A stretch of 64,000 bases of DNA from Macrostomum lignano. Taxonomy: Eukaryota. Position numbers and translations under genes: made by a program. Shown here piece by piece: positions 36,201 through 50,385 of the stretch (its first letter is position 1; the number at the start of each line of letters is the position of its first letter). The notes under the pieces were generated by a model. It ran no database searches. It was not told the origin of the DNA and saw only the letters and a list, made by a program, of their open reading frames with translations. The stretch lies in the NCBI GenBank assembly GCA_002269645.1, contig NIVC01000556.1, forward strand, positions 62,001 through 126,000, given 5' to 3'.

Positions 36201-39200
36201 ACTTTCTCGGCGGCTCTGAGAGCCAGAGCCTCAAACAGACAGAGAAATCTGTTCGAGTTGTGTCTGTAGGTTAGGTGGACCAGCTACTCCACAGCACTTC
36301 TAGGCGATAATCTGAGCCAGGAGTCTCCGAGAGACTTTCGTTACACATCCAGATGTTCTGCCTTGATGCTGGACTAGCTCACTTTCTAGGAATCTGTTCT
36401 GATTGCATTCTAACAAACTGAAGCATTCTCGGCACTAAACTTTCTCGGCGGCTCTAAGAGCCAGAGCCTAAACAGACAGAGAAATCTGTTCGAGTTGTGT
36501 CTGTAGGTTAGGTGGACCACCTTCTGAGAGCCAAAGCCTCGAACAGACTGAGAGAGCTGCTTCAGTTGTGTCTGTAGGTTATGTGGACCACCTAAGAGCC
36601 AGAGCCTCAAACAGACAGAGAAATCTGTTCGAGTTGTGTCTGTAGGTTAGGTGGACCAGCTACTCCAAAGCACTTCTAGGCGATAATCTGAGCCAGGAGT
36701 CTCCGAGAGCCTCTCGTTACACATCCAGATGTTCTGCCTTGATGCTGGACTAGCTCACTTTCTAGGAATCTGTTCTGATTGCATTCTAACAAACTGAAGC
36801 ATTCTCGGCACTAAACTTTCTCGGCGGCTCTGAGATCCAGAGCCTCAAACAGACAGAAATCTGTTCGAGTTGTGTCTGTAGGTTAGGTGGACCAGCTACT
36901 CCAAAGCACTTCTAGGCGATAATCTGAGCCAAGAGTCTCCGAGAGACTTTCGTTACACATCCAGATGTTCTGCCTTGATGCTGGACTAGCTCACTTTCTA
37001 GGAATCTGTTCTGATTGCATTCTAACAAACTGAAGCATTTTCTGCACTAAACTTTCTCGGCGGCTCTAAGAGCCAGAGCCTAAACAGACAGAGAAATCTG
37101 TTCGAGTTGTGTCTGTAGGTTAGGTGGACCACCTTCTGAGAGCCAAAGCCTCAAACAGACTGAGAGAGCTGCTTCAGTTGTGTCTGTAGGTTATGTGGAC
37201 CACCTAAGAGCCAGAGCCTCAAACAGACAGAGAAATCTGTTCGAGTTGTGTCTGTAGGTTAGGTGGACCAGCTACTCCACAGCACTTCTAGGCGATAATC
37301 TGAGCCAGGAATCTCCGAGAGCCTCTCGTTACACATCCAGATGTTCTGCCTTGATGCTGGACTAGCTCACTTTCTAGGAATCTGTTCTGATTGCATTCTA
37401 ACAAACTGAAGCATTCTCGGCACTAAACTTTCTCGGCGGCTCTGAGAGCCAGAGCCTCAAACAGACAGAGAAATCTGTTCGAGTTGTGTCTGTAGGTTAG
37501 GTGGACCAGCTACTCCAAAGCACTTCTAGGCGATAATCTGAGCCAGGAGTCTCCGAGAGCCTCTCGTTACACATCCAGATGTTCTGCCTTGATGCTGGAC
37601 TAGCTCACTTTCTAGGAATCTGTTCTGATTGCATTCTAACAAACTGAAGCATTCTCGGCACTAAACTTTCTCGGCGGCTCTGAGAGCCAGAGCCTCAAAC
37701 AGACAGAGAAATCTGTTCGAGTTGTGTCTGTAGGTTAGGTGGACCAGCTACTCCACAGCACTTCTAGGCGATAATCTGAGCCAGGAATCTCCGAGAGCCT
37801 CTCATTACACATACAGATGTTCTACCTTGATGCTGGACTAGCTCACTTTCTAGGAATCTGTTCTGATTGCATTCTAACAAACTGAAGCATTCTCGGCACT
37901 AAACTTTCTCGGCGGCTCTGAGAGCCAGAGCCTCAAACAGACAGAGAAATCTGTTCGAGTTGTGTCTGTAGGTTAGGTGGACCAGCTACTCCAAAGCACT
38001 TCTAGGCGATAATCTGAGCCAGGAATCTCCGAGAGCCTCTCGTTACACATCCAGATGTTCTGCCTTGATGCTGGACTAGCTCACTTTCTAGGAATCTGTT
38101 CTGATTGCATTCTAAAAACTGAAGCATTCTCGGCACTAAACTTTCTCGGCGGCTCTGAGAGCCAGAGCCTCAAACAGACAGAGAAATCTGTTCGAGTTGT
38201 GTCTGTAGGTTAGGTGGACCAGATACTCCAAAGCACTTCTAGGCGATAATCTGAGCCAGGAATCTCCAAGAGCCTCTCGTTACACATACAGATGTTCTAC
38301 CTTGATGCTGGACTAGCTCACTTTCTAGGAATCTGTTCTGATTGCATTCTAACAAACTGAAGCATTCTCGGCACTAAACTTTCTCGGCGGCTCTAAGAGC
38401 CAGAGCCTAAACAGACAGAGAAATCTGTTCGAGTTGTGTCTGTAGGTTAGGTGGACCACCTTCTGAGAGCCAAAGCCTCAAACAGACTGAGAGAGCTGCT
38501 TCAGTTGTGTCTGTAGGTTATGTGGACCACCTAAGAGCCAGAGCCTCAAACAGACAGAGAAATCTGTTCGAGTTGTGTCTGTAGGTTAGGTGGACCAGCT
38601 ACTCCAAAGCACTTCTAGGCGATAATCTGAGCCAGGAGTCTCCGAGAGACTTTCGTTACACATCCAGATGTTCTGCCTTGATGCTGGACTAGCTCACTTT
38701 CTAGGAATCTGTTCTGATTGCATTCTAACAAACTGGAGCATTCTCGGCACTAAACTTTCTCGGCGGCTCTGAGATCCAGAGCCTCAAACAGACAGAAATC
38801 TGTTCGAGTTGTGTCTGTAGGTTAGGTGGACCAGCTACTCCAAAGCACTTCTAGGCGATAATCTGAGCCAAGAGTCTCCGAGAGACTTTCGTTACACATC
38901 CAGATGTTCTGCCTTGATGCTGGACTAGCTCACTTTCTAGGAATCTGTTCTGATTGCATTCTAACAAACTGAAGCATTTTCTGCACTAAACTTTCTCGGC
39001 GGCTCTAAGAGCCAGAGCCTAAACAGACAGAGAAATCTGTTCGAGTTGTGTCTGTAGGTTAGGTGGACCACCTTCTGAGAGCCAAAGCCTCAAACAGACT
39101 GAGAGAGCTGCTTCAGTTGTGTCTGTAGGTTATGTGGACCACCTAAGAGCCAGAGCCTCAAACAGACAGAGAAATCTGTTCGAGTTGTGTCTGTAGGTTA

Positions 39201-42200
39201 GGTGGACCAGCTACTCCACAGCACTTCTAGGCGATAATCTGAGCCAGGAATCTCCGAGAGCCTCTCGTTACACATCCAGATGTTCTGCCTTGATGCTGGA
39301 CTAGCTCACTTTCTAGGAATCTGTTCTGATTGCATTCTAACAAACTGAAGCATTCTCGGCACTAAACTTTCTCGGCGGCTCTGAGAGCCAGAGCCTCAAA
39401 CAGACAGAGAAATCTGTTCGAGTTGTGTCTGTAGGTTAGGTGGACCAGATACTCCAAAGCACTTCTAGGCGATAATCTGAGCCAGGAGTCTCCGAGAGAC
39501 TTTCGTTACACATCCAGATGTTCTGCCTTGATGCTGGACTAGCTCACTTTCTAGGAATCTGTTCTGATTGCATTCTAACAAACTGAAGCATTCTCGGCAC
39601 TAAACTTTCTCGGCGGCTCTGAGAGCCAGAGCCTCAAACAGACAGAGAAATCTGTTCGAGTTGTGTCTGTAGGTTAGGTGGACCAGCTACTCCAAAGCAC
39701 TTCTAGGCGATAATCTGAGCCAGGAGTCTCCGAGAGCCTCTCGTTACACATCCAGATGTTCTGCCTTGATGCTGGACTAGCTCACTTTCTAGGAATCTGT
39801 TCTGATTGCATTCTAACAAACTGAAGCATTCTCGGCACTAAACTTTCTCGGCGGCTCTGAGAGCCAGAGCCTCAAACAGACAGAGAAATCTGTTCGAGTT
39901 GTGTCTGTAGGTTAGGTGGACCAGCTACTCCACAGCACTTCTAGGCGATAATCTGAGCCAGGAATCTCCGAGAGCCTCTCATTACACATACAGATGTTCT
40001 ACCTTGATGCTGGACTAGCTCACTTTCTAGGAATCTGTTCTGATTGCATTCTAACAAACTGAAGCATTCTCGGCACTAAACTTTCTCGGCGGCTCTGAGA
40101 GCCAGAGCCTCAAACAGACAGAGAAATCTGTTCGAGTTGTGTCTGTAGGTTAGGTGGACCAGCTACTCCAAAGCACTTCTAGGCGATAATCTGAGCCAGG
40201 AATCTCCGAGAGCCTCTCGTTACACATCCAGATGTTCTGCCTTGATGCTGGACTAGCTCACTTTCTAGGAATCTGTTCTGATTGCATTCTAAAAAACTGA
40301 AGCATTCTCGGCACTAAACTTTCTCGGCGGCTCTGAGAGCCAGAGCCTCAAACAGACAGAGAAATCTGTTCGAGTTGTGTCTGTAGGTTAGGTGGACCAG
40401 ATACTCCAAAGCACTTCTAGGCGATAATCTGAGCCAGGAATCTCCAAGAGCCTCTCGTTACACATACAGATGTTCTACCTTGATGCTGGACTAGCTCACT
40501 TTCTAGGAATCTGTTCTGATTGCATTCTAACAAACTGAAGCATTCTCGGCACTAAACTTTCTCGGCGGCTCTAAGAGCCAGAGCCTAAACAGACAGAGAA
40601 ATCTGTTCGAGTTGTGTCTGTAGGTTAGGTGGACCACCTTCTGAGAGCCAAAGCCTCAAACAGACTGAGAGAGCTGCTTCAGTTGTGTCTGTAGGTTATG
40701 TGGACCACCTAAGAGCCAGAGCCTCAAACAGACAGAGAAATCTGTTCGAGTTGTGTCTGTAGGTTAGGTGGACCAGCTACTCCAAAGCACTTCTAGGCGA
40801 TAATCTGAGCCAGGAGTCTCCGAGAGACTTTCGTTACACATCCAGATGTTCTGCCTTGATGCTGGACTAGCTCACTTTCTAGGAATCTGTTCTGATTGCA
40901 TTCTAACAAACTGGAGCATTCTCGGCACTAAACTTTCTCGGCGGCTCTGAGATCCAGAGCCTCAAACAGACAGAAATCTGTTCGAGTTGTGTCTGTAGGT
41001 TAGGTGGACCAGCTACTCCAAAGCACTTCTAGGCGATAATCTGAGCCAAGAGTCTCCGAGAGACTTTCGTTACACATCCAGATGTTCTGCCTTGATGCTG
41101 GACTAGCTCACTTTCTAGGAATCTGTTCTGATTGCATTCTAACAAACTGAAGCATTTTCTGCACTAAACTTTCTCGGCGGCTCTAAGAGCCAGAGCCTAA
41201 ACAGACAGAGAAATCTGTTCGAGTTGTGTCTGTAGGTTAGGTGGACCACCTTCTGAGAGCCAAAGCCTCAAACAGACTGAGAGAGCTGCTTCAGTTGTGT
41301 CTGTAGGTTATGTGGACCACCTAAGAGCCAGAGCCTCAAACAGACAGAGAAATCTGTTCGAGTTGTGTCTGTAGGTTAGGTGGACCAGCTACTCCACAGC
41401 ACTTCTAGGCGATAATCTGAGCCAGGAATCTCCGAGAGCCTCTCGTTACACATCCAGATGTTCTGCCTTGATGCTGGACTAGCTCACTTTCTAGGAATCT
41501 GTTCTGATTGCATTCTAACAAACTGAAGCATTCTCGGCACTAAACTTTCTCGGCGGCTCTGAGAGCCAGAGCCTCAAACAGACAGAGAAATCTGTTCGAG
41601 TTGTGTCTGTAGGTTAGGTGGACCAGCTATTCTACAGCACTTCTAGGCGATAATCTGAGCCAGGAGTCTCCGAGAGCCTCTCGTTACACATCCAGATGTT
41701 CTGCCTTGATGCTGGACTAGCTCACTTTCTAGGAATCTGTTCTGATTGCATTCTAACAAACTGAAGCATTCTCGGCACTAAACTTTCTCGGCGGCTCTGA
41801 GAGCCAGAGCCTCAAACAGACAGAGAAATCTGTTCGAGTTGTGTCTGTAGGTTAGGTGGACCAGCTACTCCAAAGCACTTCTAGGCGATAATCTGAGCCA
41901 GGAGTCTCCGAGAGCCTCTCGTTACACATCCAGATGTTCTGCCTTGATGCTGGACTAGCTCACTTTCTAGGAATCTGTTCTGATTGCATTCTAACAAACT
42001 GAAGCATTCTCGGCACTAAACTTTCTCGGCGGCTCTGAGAGCCAGAGCCTCAAACAGACAGAGAAATCTGTTCGAGTTGTGTCTGTAGGTTAGGTGGACC
42101 AGCTACTCCACAGCACTTCTAGGCGATAATCTGAGCCAGGAGTCTCCGAGAGCCTCTCATTACACATACAGATGTTCTACCTTGATGCTGGACTAGCTCA

Positions 42201-45200
42201 CTTTCTAGGAATCTGTTCTGATTGCATTCTAACAAACTGAAGCATTCTCGGCACTAAACTTTCTCGGCGGCTCTGAGAGCCAGAGCCTCAAACAGACAGA
42301 GAAATCTGTTCGAGTTGTGTCTGTAGGTTAGGTGGACCAGCTACTCCAAAGCACTTCTAGGCGATAATCTGAGCCAGGAATCTCCGAGAGCCTCTCGTTA
42401 CACATCCAGATGTTCTGCCTTGATGCTGGACTAGCTCACTTTCTAGGAATCTGTTCTGATTGCATTCTAAAAAACTGAAGCATTCTCGGCACTAAACTTT
42501 CTCGGCGGCTCTGAGAGCCAGAGCCTCAAACAGACAGAGAAATCTGTTCGAGTTGTGTCTGTAGGTTAGGTGGACCAGCTACTCCACAGCACTTCTAGGC
42601 GATAATCTGAGCCAGGAATCTCCAAGAGCCTCTCGTTACACATACAGATGTTCTACCTTGATGCTGGACTAGCTCACTTTCTAGGAATCTGTTCTGATTG
42701 CATTCTAACAAACTGAAGCATTTTCTGCACTAAACTTTCTCGGCGGCTCTGAGAGCCAGAGCCTCAAACAGACAGAGAAATCTGTTCGAGTTGTGTCTGT
42801 AGGTTAGGTGGACCAGCTACTCCAAAGCACTTCTAGGCGATAATCTGAGCCAGGAGTCTCCGAGAGACTTTCGTTACACATCCAGATGTTCTGCCTTGAT
42901 GCTGGACTAGCTCACTTTCTAGGAATCTGTTCTGATTGCATTCTAACAAACTGAAGCATTTTCTGCACTAAACTTTCTCGGCGGCTCTGAGATCCAGAGC
43001 CTCAAACAGACAGAGAAATCTGTTCGAGTTGTGTCTGTAGGTTAGGTGGACCAGATACTCCAAAGCACTTCTAGGCGATAATCTGAGCCAGGAATCTCCA
43101 AGAGCCTCTCGTTACACATACAGATGTTCTACCTTGATGCTGGACTAGCTCACTTTCTAGGAATCTGTTCTGATTGCATTCTAACAAACTGAAGCATTTT
43201 CTGCACTAAACTTTCTCGGCGGCTCTGAGAGCCAGAGCCTCAAACAGACAGAGAAATCTGTTCGAGTTGTGTCTGTAGGTTAGGTGGACCAGCTACTCCA
43301 AAACACTTCTAGGCGATAATCTGAGCCAGGAGTCTCCGAGAGACTTTCGTTACACATCCAGATGTTCTGCCTTGATGCTGGACTAGCTCACTTTCTAGGA
43401 ATCTGTTCTGATTGCATTCTAACAAACTGAAGCATTTTCTGCACTAAACTTTCTCGGCGGCTCTGAGATCCAGAGCCTCAAACAGACAGAGAAATCTGTT
43501 CGAGTTGTGTCTGTAGGTTAGGTGGACCACCTTCTGAGAGCCAAAGCCTCAAACAGACTGAGAGAGCTGATTCAGTTGTGTCTGTAGGTTAGGTGGACCA
43601 GCTTCTCTACAGCAATTGAGTTGCAGGCCTTGCAGCTAGCTACTTTGAGATCATCAAACGAAACTCACTTTTCTGGACTCGGTGTCGACGGATTTGCGAG
43701 CAGACTGATGATTTTCACCAGGCGATGCGGCTTCTTCGATTTCGCAGTGGCTTTTTGCGACGGTGTTTTTTTAGTTTTTATTTTAGGCTTGGCGTCCTTT
43801 TTTGCGGGTCATCATATCTTGGTTGTAGATTACAGTTTTTGGCACAATAAATTTATATATGGATGAAACTTGGAGTAAGGATTAACATTAGACCTATTAA
43901 GTATAAAAAACCGTTCTAATCTATACAATTGCAATCCTTTAGAGTTGTATAGTATGGATTATAAGTACTTTCTTTTAAACTGTCTGTGTCTGGTCTCACT
44001 ACGCCATGGTTTACGTGGACCACCCGCTTAGACATTATATATCCCTCTCTCCACTGTCTTACCTTCAGAACGCTTGCGGGTTTCCTATTGGCTGCGGTCG
44101 GTCCCATTGTTGGGGTGGATCTATCCTCCTAAGTGTTAACCAGCCAATTATAGAAAGGGAGGTCTGTCTGTCTGTCTGTTCCAACCCTATACTCCTGCAC
44201 ATGTGTTTACGTGGACCAAACAGACAGTGAGTGTTAGGCTGACTGTTAATGCGTTCTTAGTTTTACTGGGACCGCAATCAAGTCGACCTTTTGCTAGAGA
44301 GTCAGAGACCCGATCGCTAGTTAAAAGGCCCTTCTTAATTGCGTCCTCTTGATCAAATCTTTTGCATGTACATGTATGAATTGTCCTTTTCAATTAGGTA
44401 AATTGCATCTTCAACTTTGCACTTGAAAGGCTGCAGCTTAGGATCTTCTTCTTCCAAAATTGGAGGAGGATAGAACAGGATATCCCATAGTGTTTAGGAT
44501 AGAATTGGCAAGCACTTAATTCATGAAGTTGCTATTTTCTTCTTGTGTAATGGTAGAGCCTCAGAAATTCGCATTTACACAGTGTGGCTATCAAGGACCA
44601 CTGGGAGTTCTTGAGAAGTCATTGAAGAATACTATTTAAGCTTCACTTAAATATCTTTCTTGTCTCGGAGTCTTTATCGTTTGATCTGGTTAGCGAATTG
44701 GATTTCTTTACGTTGGTGTCTTACTCTGTGAGTCTGTGCTCAGAGTACGATACCGGAATTGCTGGAACTGAGCTAATTAAATGGAGTTTAAAGTTTACTG
44801 TATCAAATTCATTTCGCATACGAGGTTTCAGAATTTTTAATTAACCTGCGTACCTACTTGAATGTCAAAGAACTGAACGCATATTGTTTTAAAGCCAGTA
44901 GCGGTCATAATATGATGCCAACATAGCCCTTTGTTCGTAAGGTAATGATCTGTAAAAAATTCAGTTTTGCATTGAATCTATGCTTAATAACTGCTATACC
45001 TGTAATAACTGTACACAAACAGACACAAACAGACACAAACAGACACAAACAGACACAAACAGACGATTTTCGAAAAATTTTCTAAAATTTTTCGGTTTAC
45101 GTGGACCAGACTCGCTCGGTTTAGGTAGACCAGGCTGGAGGTCCAGCTAAACTGAAATGCAAATAACTTTGGCAAAAACCATGCTAGACATCCCAAAATT

Positions 45201-45371
45201 GCTTAAGCCTTTCTTGACCCGCCTGACATTAATGTGAGATCCTCATCAACGTCTTAACCCCACCAGAGACAAAATTATTTGGTGGTCCACCTAAGTGGTC
45301 TACCTACACCGGTTGGTCCAGCTAACGAGGCTACTGAACTTCCAAAAAGTCCACGTAAACACACAGACAGT
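33249..45371. mobile_element. Candidate ~12.1-kb DNA element with 16-bp terminal inverted repeats, subterminal GTGGACC motifs and an internal satellite
   Basis: ACTGTCTGTGTGTTTA at 33249-33264 and its reverse complement at 45356-45371. TTA(C/G/T)GTGGACC recurs inside and flips orientation near the right end. No TSD or intact transposase is seen. Confidence 0.5.
34340..43615. repeat. Satellite DNA: 238-bp monomer interspersed with a ~139-bp (68+71) dimer, higher-order period ~1.94-2.18 kb
   Basis: Monomer spacing 37441 to 37679 and 39856 to 40094 is 238 bp. A diagnostic 2-bp deletion variant occurs at 36854, 38793 and 40971. Confidence 0.97.
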
Positions 45372-45374
45372 AGA

Positions 45375-45692
<318 letters not shown>

Positions 45693-45759
45693 TGTCCGAA
45701 AACCACAGACCAGTGGATTGAGGCTGAGAATCGCAATAAGCAGCTTGGACTCCACTACC

Positions 45760-46240
45760 GGGATTGTCCTCAAAAACTTCAATCGATTTCTTTCTATCTC
45801 TCTCCTTTCCACTAAAAGCAAAGAGGACTCAGTCCACAAGCCAGAAGTCCGTGCAGCTGCGCCCAGTAGGACCCTTGCTAGTCGACCTCGCCGCTCCGGA
45901 CCCTCCCTCTAATTTCCCCCAGCCAACCCCGGGGACAAATCGCTCCCCGAGCCCCGTCAGGCTGGCGACCGCCGACGAACGCGGGGGAATCCGCGGCCCT
46001 TTTCTCCCCTCTTCTACTCTCCCCTACCCTCGACAAAAAAGTATTTCAGGCCTCGCTTTCAAGCCCAGCCGGCCAGTCAAGTCACTTGCGCCGTTGCGCG
46101 CACAGCGGCGTGGCTGCCAAAGAGAGCGACGGACTCGCCACTCGGGTCGTGGACAAGTGGCGGCTGCAGGGGCCCGGCTTCGGGTAGCTTAGAGTGTCGG
46201 ATTAGGTGCGAAGTAGCTGCGGCTGCTGACTGGAGGCTGG
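45760..46240. promoter_or_regulatory. GC/CpG-rich island, possible promoter or 5' UTR
   Basis: Locally high GC and CpG with no credible protein-like ORF, upstream of candidate 5' exons. Confidence 0.3.
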
Positions 46241-46264
46241 GGATGTCGTGCACTGCCTGTGTTC

Positions 46265-46815
<551 letters not shown>

Positions 46816-46820
46816 CGCAG

Positions 46821-46869
46821 GGCTAGGAGCTGAAAAAGAAACCCAGAGCTGAGAGGAGAAGGGAGACTG
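46821..46869 (+). other. Candidate 49-nt non-coding (5' UTR) exon
   Basis: tatctcgcag| acceptor directly after (TCTA)n and ctg|GTGAGT donor; stops in all three frames. Confidence 0.3.
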
Positions 46870-47579
46870 GTGAGTGGGACAGAAGTGGCAGCGGGGGCTG
46901 ATCGATGTTCCAGACTGTTTCCCTGCACAGATTATTTGCGACAAGCCAGCGGGAGTTCGCACTGCTGACTCGCAAGTTACAGCTGGCCCCCTGCCGAGCG
47001 AGACACACTGAGAGAGGGAGAGTAAATTAATTTTGCTTGTTTTCCAATTCGGCCTCAAGCAAAAAGAGCACTGGGCGCGTTTCCTACAGCTGCTTGTATT
47101 ATAGCCTAATTAACACAATAACAGAACTGTAGTGAGCCGGAGTCTGCAGCAAAGACAGAGACAGAGCTTTACATTTGTGCGACTGTGCTGCTGTTTATGG
47201 CTCAATTGTTGCGCAGCAGACAACTGACACTGATAGGGGCAGGGGCAGAAAGGATTTTCCAGCAAACTGGAGAAGAATTGCCCCTAGGGTAGGGGCATGA
47301 GGTTCTATAGGCTAGCTTTTATGATAAGTTGCTCTCGATAGTTGGGCCATGTTGCTGAACTTAAAGGGGGCGTGGCGGAATGGGGTCTGAGAGTACATGG
47401 GCATGCTGACTCGCGATGTACATTATCGACCACGGAGGGGGTGGCGGCTTGTGGGGTAGAAAGATGGCGTGACAAAGAACAAAATACGCGTAACTAGATG
47501 ATAGCAAGAGCGTAGCTGAATCAGTGACATTGAAATCACGTGCGCCTTCAAACCAGTCTGCTTTTGCAGAGTTGCCCCT

Positions 47580-47960
47580 ATTTCCCGTCTGTTTTCATCC
47601 TCTATTCTCTATCTAATCCGCCACTCTACTCTCCCATCTATTCTCCCCCTCCATTCTCCCCCTCTTTCCTCCCCCTCTATTCTATCCCTCTATTCTCTCC
47701 TCTATTCTCTCTCTATTCTCCTCTCTATTCTCCCCCTCTATCCTCCCCCTCTATTCTCCCCCTCTATCCTCCCCCTCTATTCTCCCCCTCTATTCTGCCC
47801 CCCTCTACCTCCCTCTATATCCCCTGTATTCTCCCCCCTATACCCCCTATTCTCTCATCTATTCTCCATCTAATCTCCCCTCTATTTTTCTTCTCTTCTC
47901 TAGTTTCCTATTCTCTCTATTCTCCGCTGATTTCTCTCTCCACTCTCTTTCTATTCACTG
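47580..47960. repeat. Pyrimidine-rich degenerate minisatellite (ctctattctcc)
   Basis: Direct reading. Confidence 0.85.
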
Positions 47961-48404
47961 TTCATTCTCCCTCTGTTGGCTCATCCTAGGTTGGCAAGAC
48001 CTCACTTGATTACTTGTATCAAAGATCCGGTAATATTTACATTTCATTAGCTTCAAAAATGCAAACTTCTAACAGTTGTTTAACATCGCACACAATGCGC
48101 TTCTACGCACTTCGCTCCGACCTCCCGGACCTCGCGGCCTGGCAACCTTGGCGGCAATTTACACCTCTCCGCGGCTCTCTGTCCATCCCTTCATCACCTT
48201 GCGCAAACTAACCAGCCGGTTAAAGTGGGAAAAAGCAACTTGTGTGTGTGCGCGGTGTCTGTCCGTGTGTATCCGAAAGAATTTACTTGCGTGCGCTTCT
48301 ATGTTTTGTGCCCAACATCGCAAGCGGCAGCTGGGTGGGGGCGAGTGGCAGTTCGAATATCCCACCGAGTTTTTCCCCCTTTTTGACTTTTTCTCTATTT
48401 CTTC

Positions 48405-48457
<53 letters not shown>

Positions 48458-48654
48458 CATCCCCAAAACACGATCTCTTTCTCGGCCAAAGCCAAGCTTG
48501 CAAACGGATAGATACTGTTTAGGACTAACTGCTTTGTACGGCAACGGGTGACAACTTGTCTTGTGTGAACTTTTATTAGCAAGATTGCTCCACTCCATCC
48601 TTGCGTATGCGAAGCTGTAGAAACAGCCGAGGTGTACCAAAGCCTATGAAACTG

Positions 48655-48790
48655 ATCCTCATCAGAGCACTCTCACGTTAAGAGGTCTCCATCAGAGCAC
48701 CCTCACGGTAAGAGACCCCTATCAGAGCACCCTCACGGTAAGAGACCCCCATCAGAGCACCCTCACGGTAAGAGACCCCCATCAGAGCAC
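48655..48790. repeat. 30-bp minisatellite (atcagagcaccctcacggtaagagaccccc)
   Basis: About 4.5 copies at 30-bp spacing (48661, 48691, 48721, 48751, 48781). Confidence 0.93.
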
Positions 48791-49729
48791 CCAGCCATTC
48801 GACAGCAGATCCTAATCAGAAGCATTCTTAGATCCTTAAATTATTAACATAACCCGAATAACACAAAGCACTTTTTTGCGTTTCGAACCCTTTATAAGAC
48901 GAATCGCTAATCCAGAAGTTTCCCCAACTATACATTTAAAGTGATTTTGCAGGCTGCAATGAATTCATCGGCAAGAAAGCATTCCATTCGGTGCGGTTCT
49001 GGTTGAAGCGTGCATCTGCATGTAGACTCGGGGCCTCCTGCACAACCACTTAAAACTTGCTAGCAACGGTAGATTGGGTAACTTGATAGACAGATTGTTG
49101 GATAACATAAATAAACAAGAATTCACTAAACAGAAGTCAGCCTTTATGATGCCATGCAAAATTTATGATTCACCATTTTACTCATTTTAATTAGCAGCCA
49201 TTATTCTAACCGTGCTACTTAGAGTAGAAAATAGCTGACGTGTGATTATAGGACTAGCTTGAATTTTGTTATTATCTAACGGCACTTCCTCTTGATGTCC
49301 CGTCGTTCCACCACACTCTTCTCACCCTTTCTAATTATCATCATTAGGCATTATTATAATCAGCTCCATCAACACCCAAAAATATTTTTTTCGAAATGAT
49401 AATTTTAGACGAAAAATTTTCTGCCTAAATGATTCCATGTTTTCTGATCAGGAAGTCTCATTAAGGGGGTGGTTGTTGTTCGAGAGAAGGAAATTGCGCT
49501 GATTCTTGGACATACAGTTACAGAGACTAGCTTGAGGTCAACCAACAATACAGTTTAGGGTCAACTGCGAGCAAGCATTGAGAATGATATTTAATAATGT
49601 GCTATTTTTCTCAAGTGCCTTTCAAGACATTTTCTAAAGTTGCACATGCATGTAGATTGCTGTAGAGGGATGTAGAGAGCACTATAAATGGTCTTAAACT
49701 AGACGTAAATTTTTGTGGAAGGTTGTAGA

Positions 49730-50385
49730 TGAATTTGGATAGCTGTAGATTCCTATAGATGGCTGTAGACTCCTATAGATGGCTGTCGATAGCTGTAGGT
49801 GGCTGTAGATAGCTGTAGATAGCTGTAGATGGCTGTAGAGGGCTGTCGATAGCTGTAAGTGGCTGTAGATAGCTGTCGATAGCTGTAGATGGCTGTAGAT
49901 GGCTGTCGATAGCTGTAAGTGGATGTAGATTGCTGTCAATGGCTGTAGATAGATGTAGATGGCTCTAGATGGCTGTTGATAGCTGTCGATAGCTGTAGAT
50001 GGCTGTAGATGGCTGTTGATAGCTGTCGATAGCTGTAGATGGCTGTAGATGGCTGTAGATGGCTGTCGATAGCTGTACATGTAGGTGGCTGTTGATAGCT
50101 GTCGATAGCTGTAGATGGCTGTAGATAACTGTAAATAGCTGTAGATGGCTGTAGATGGCTGTAGATAGCTGTAGATGGCTGTAGATGGCTGTAGATGACT
50201 GTAGATAGCTGTAGATGACTGTCGATAGCTGTAGATGACTATCGATAGCTGTAGATGGCTGTCGATAGCTGTAGATGGCTGTCGATAGCTGTAAATAGCT
50301 GTCGATGGCTGTATAGATGGCTGTTGATACCTGTAGATAGCTGTAAATAGCTGTCGATAGCTGTAGATGGTTGTAGATGACTGCA
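49730..50385. repeat. 10-bp-based minisatellite (gatagctgta/gatggctgta)
   Basis: Direct reading. Confidence 0.93.
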
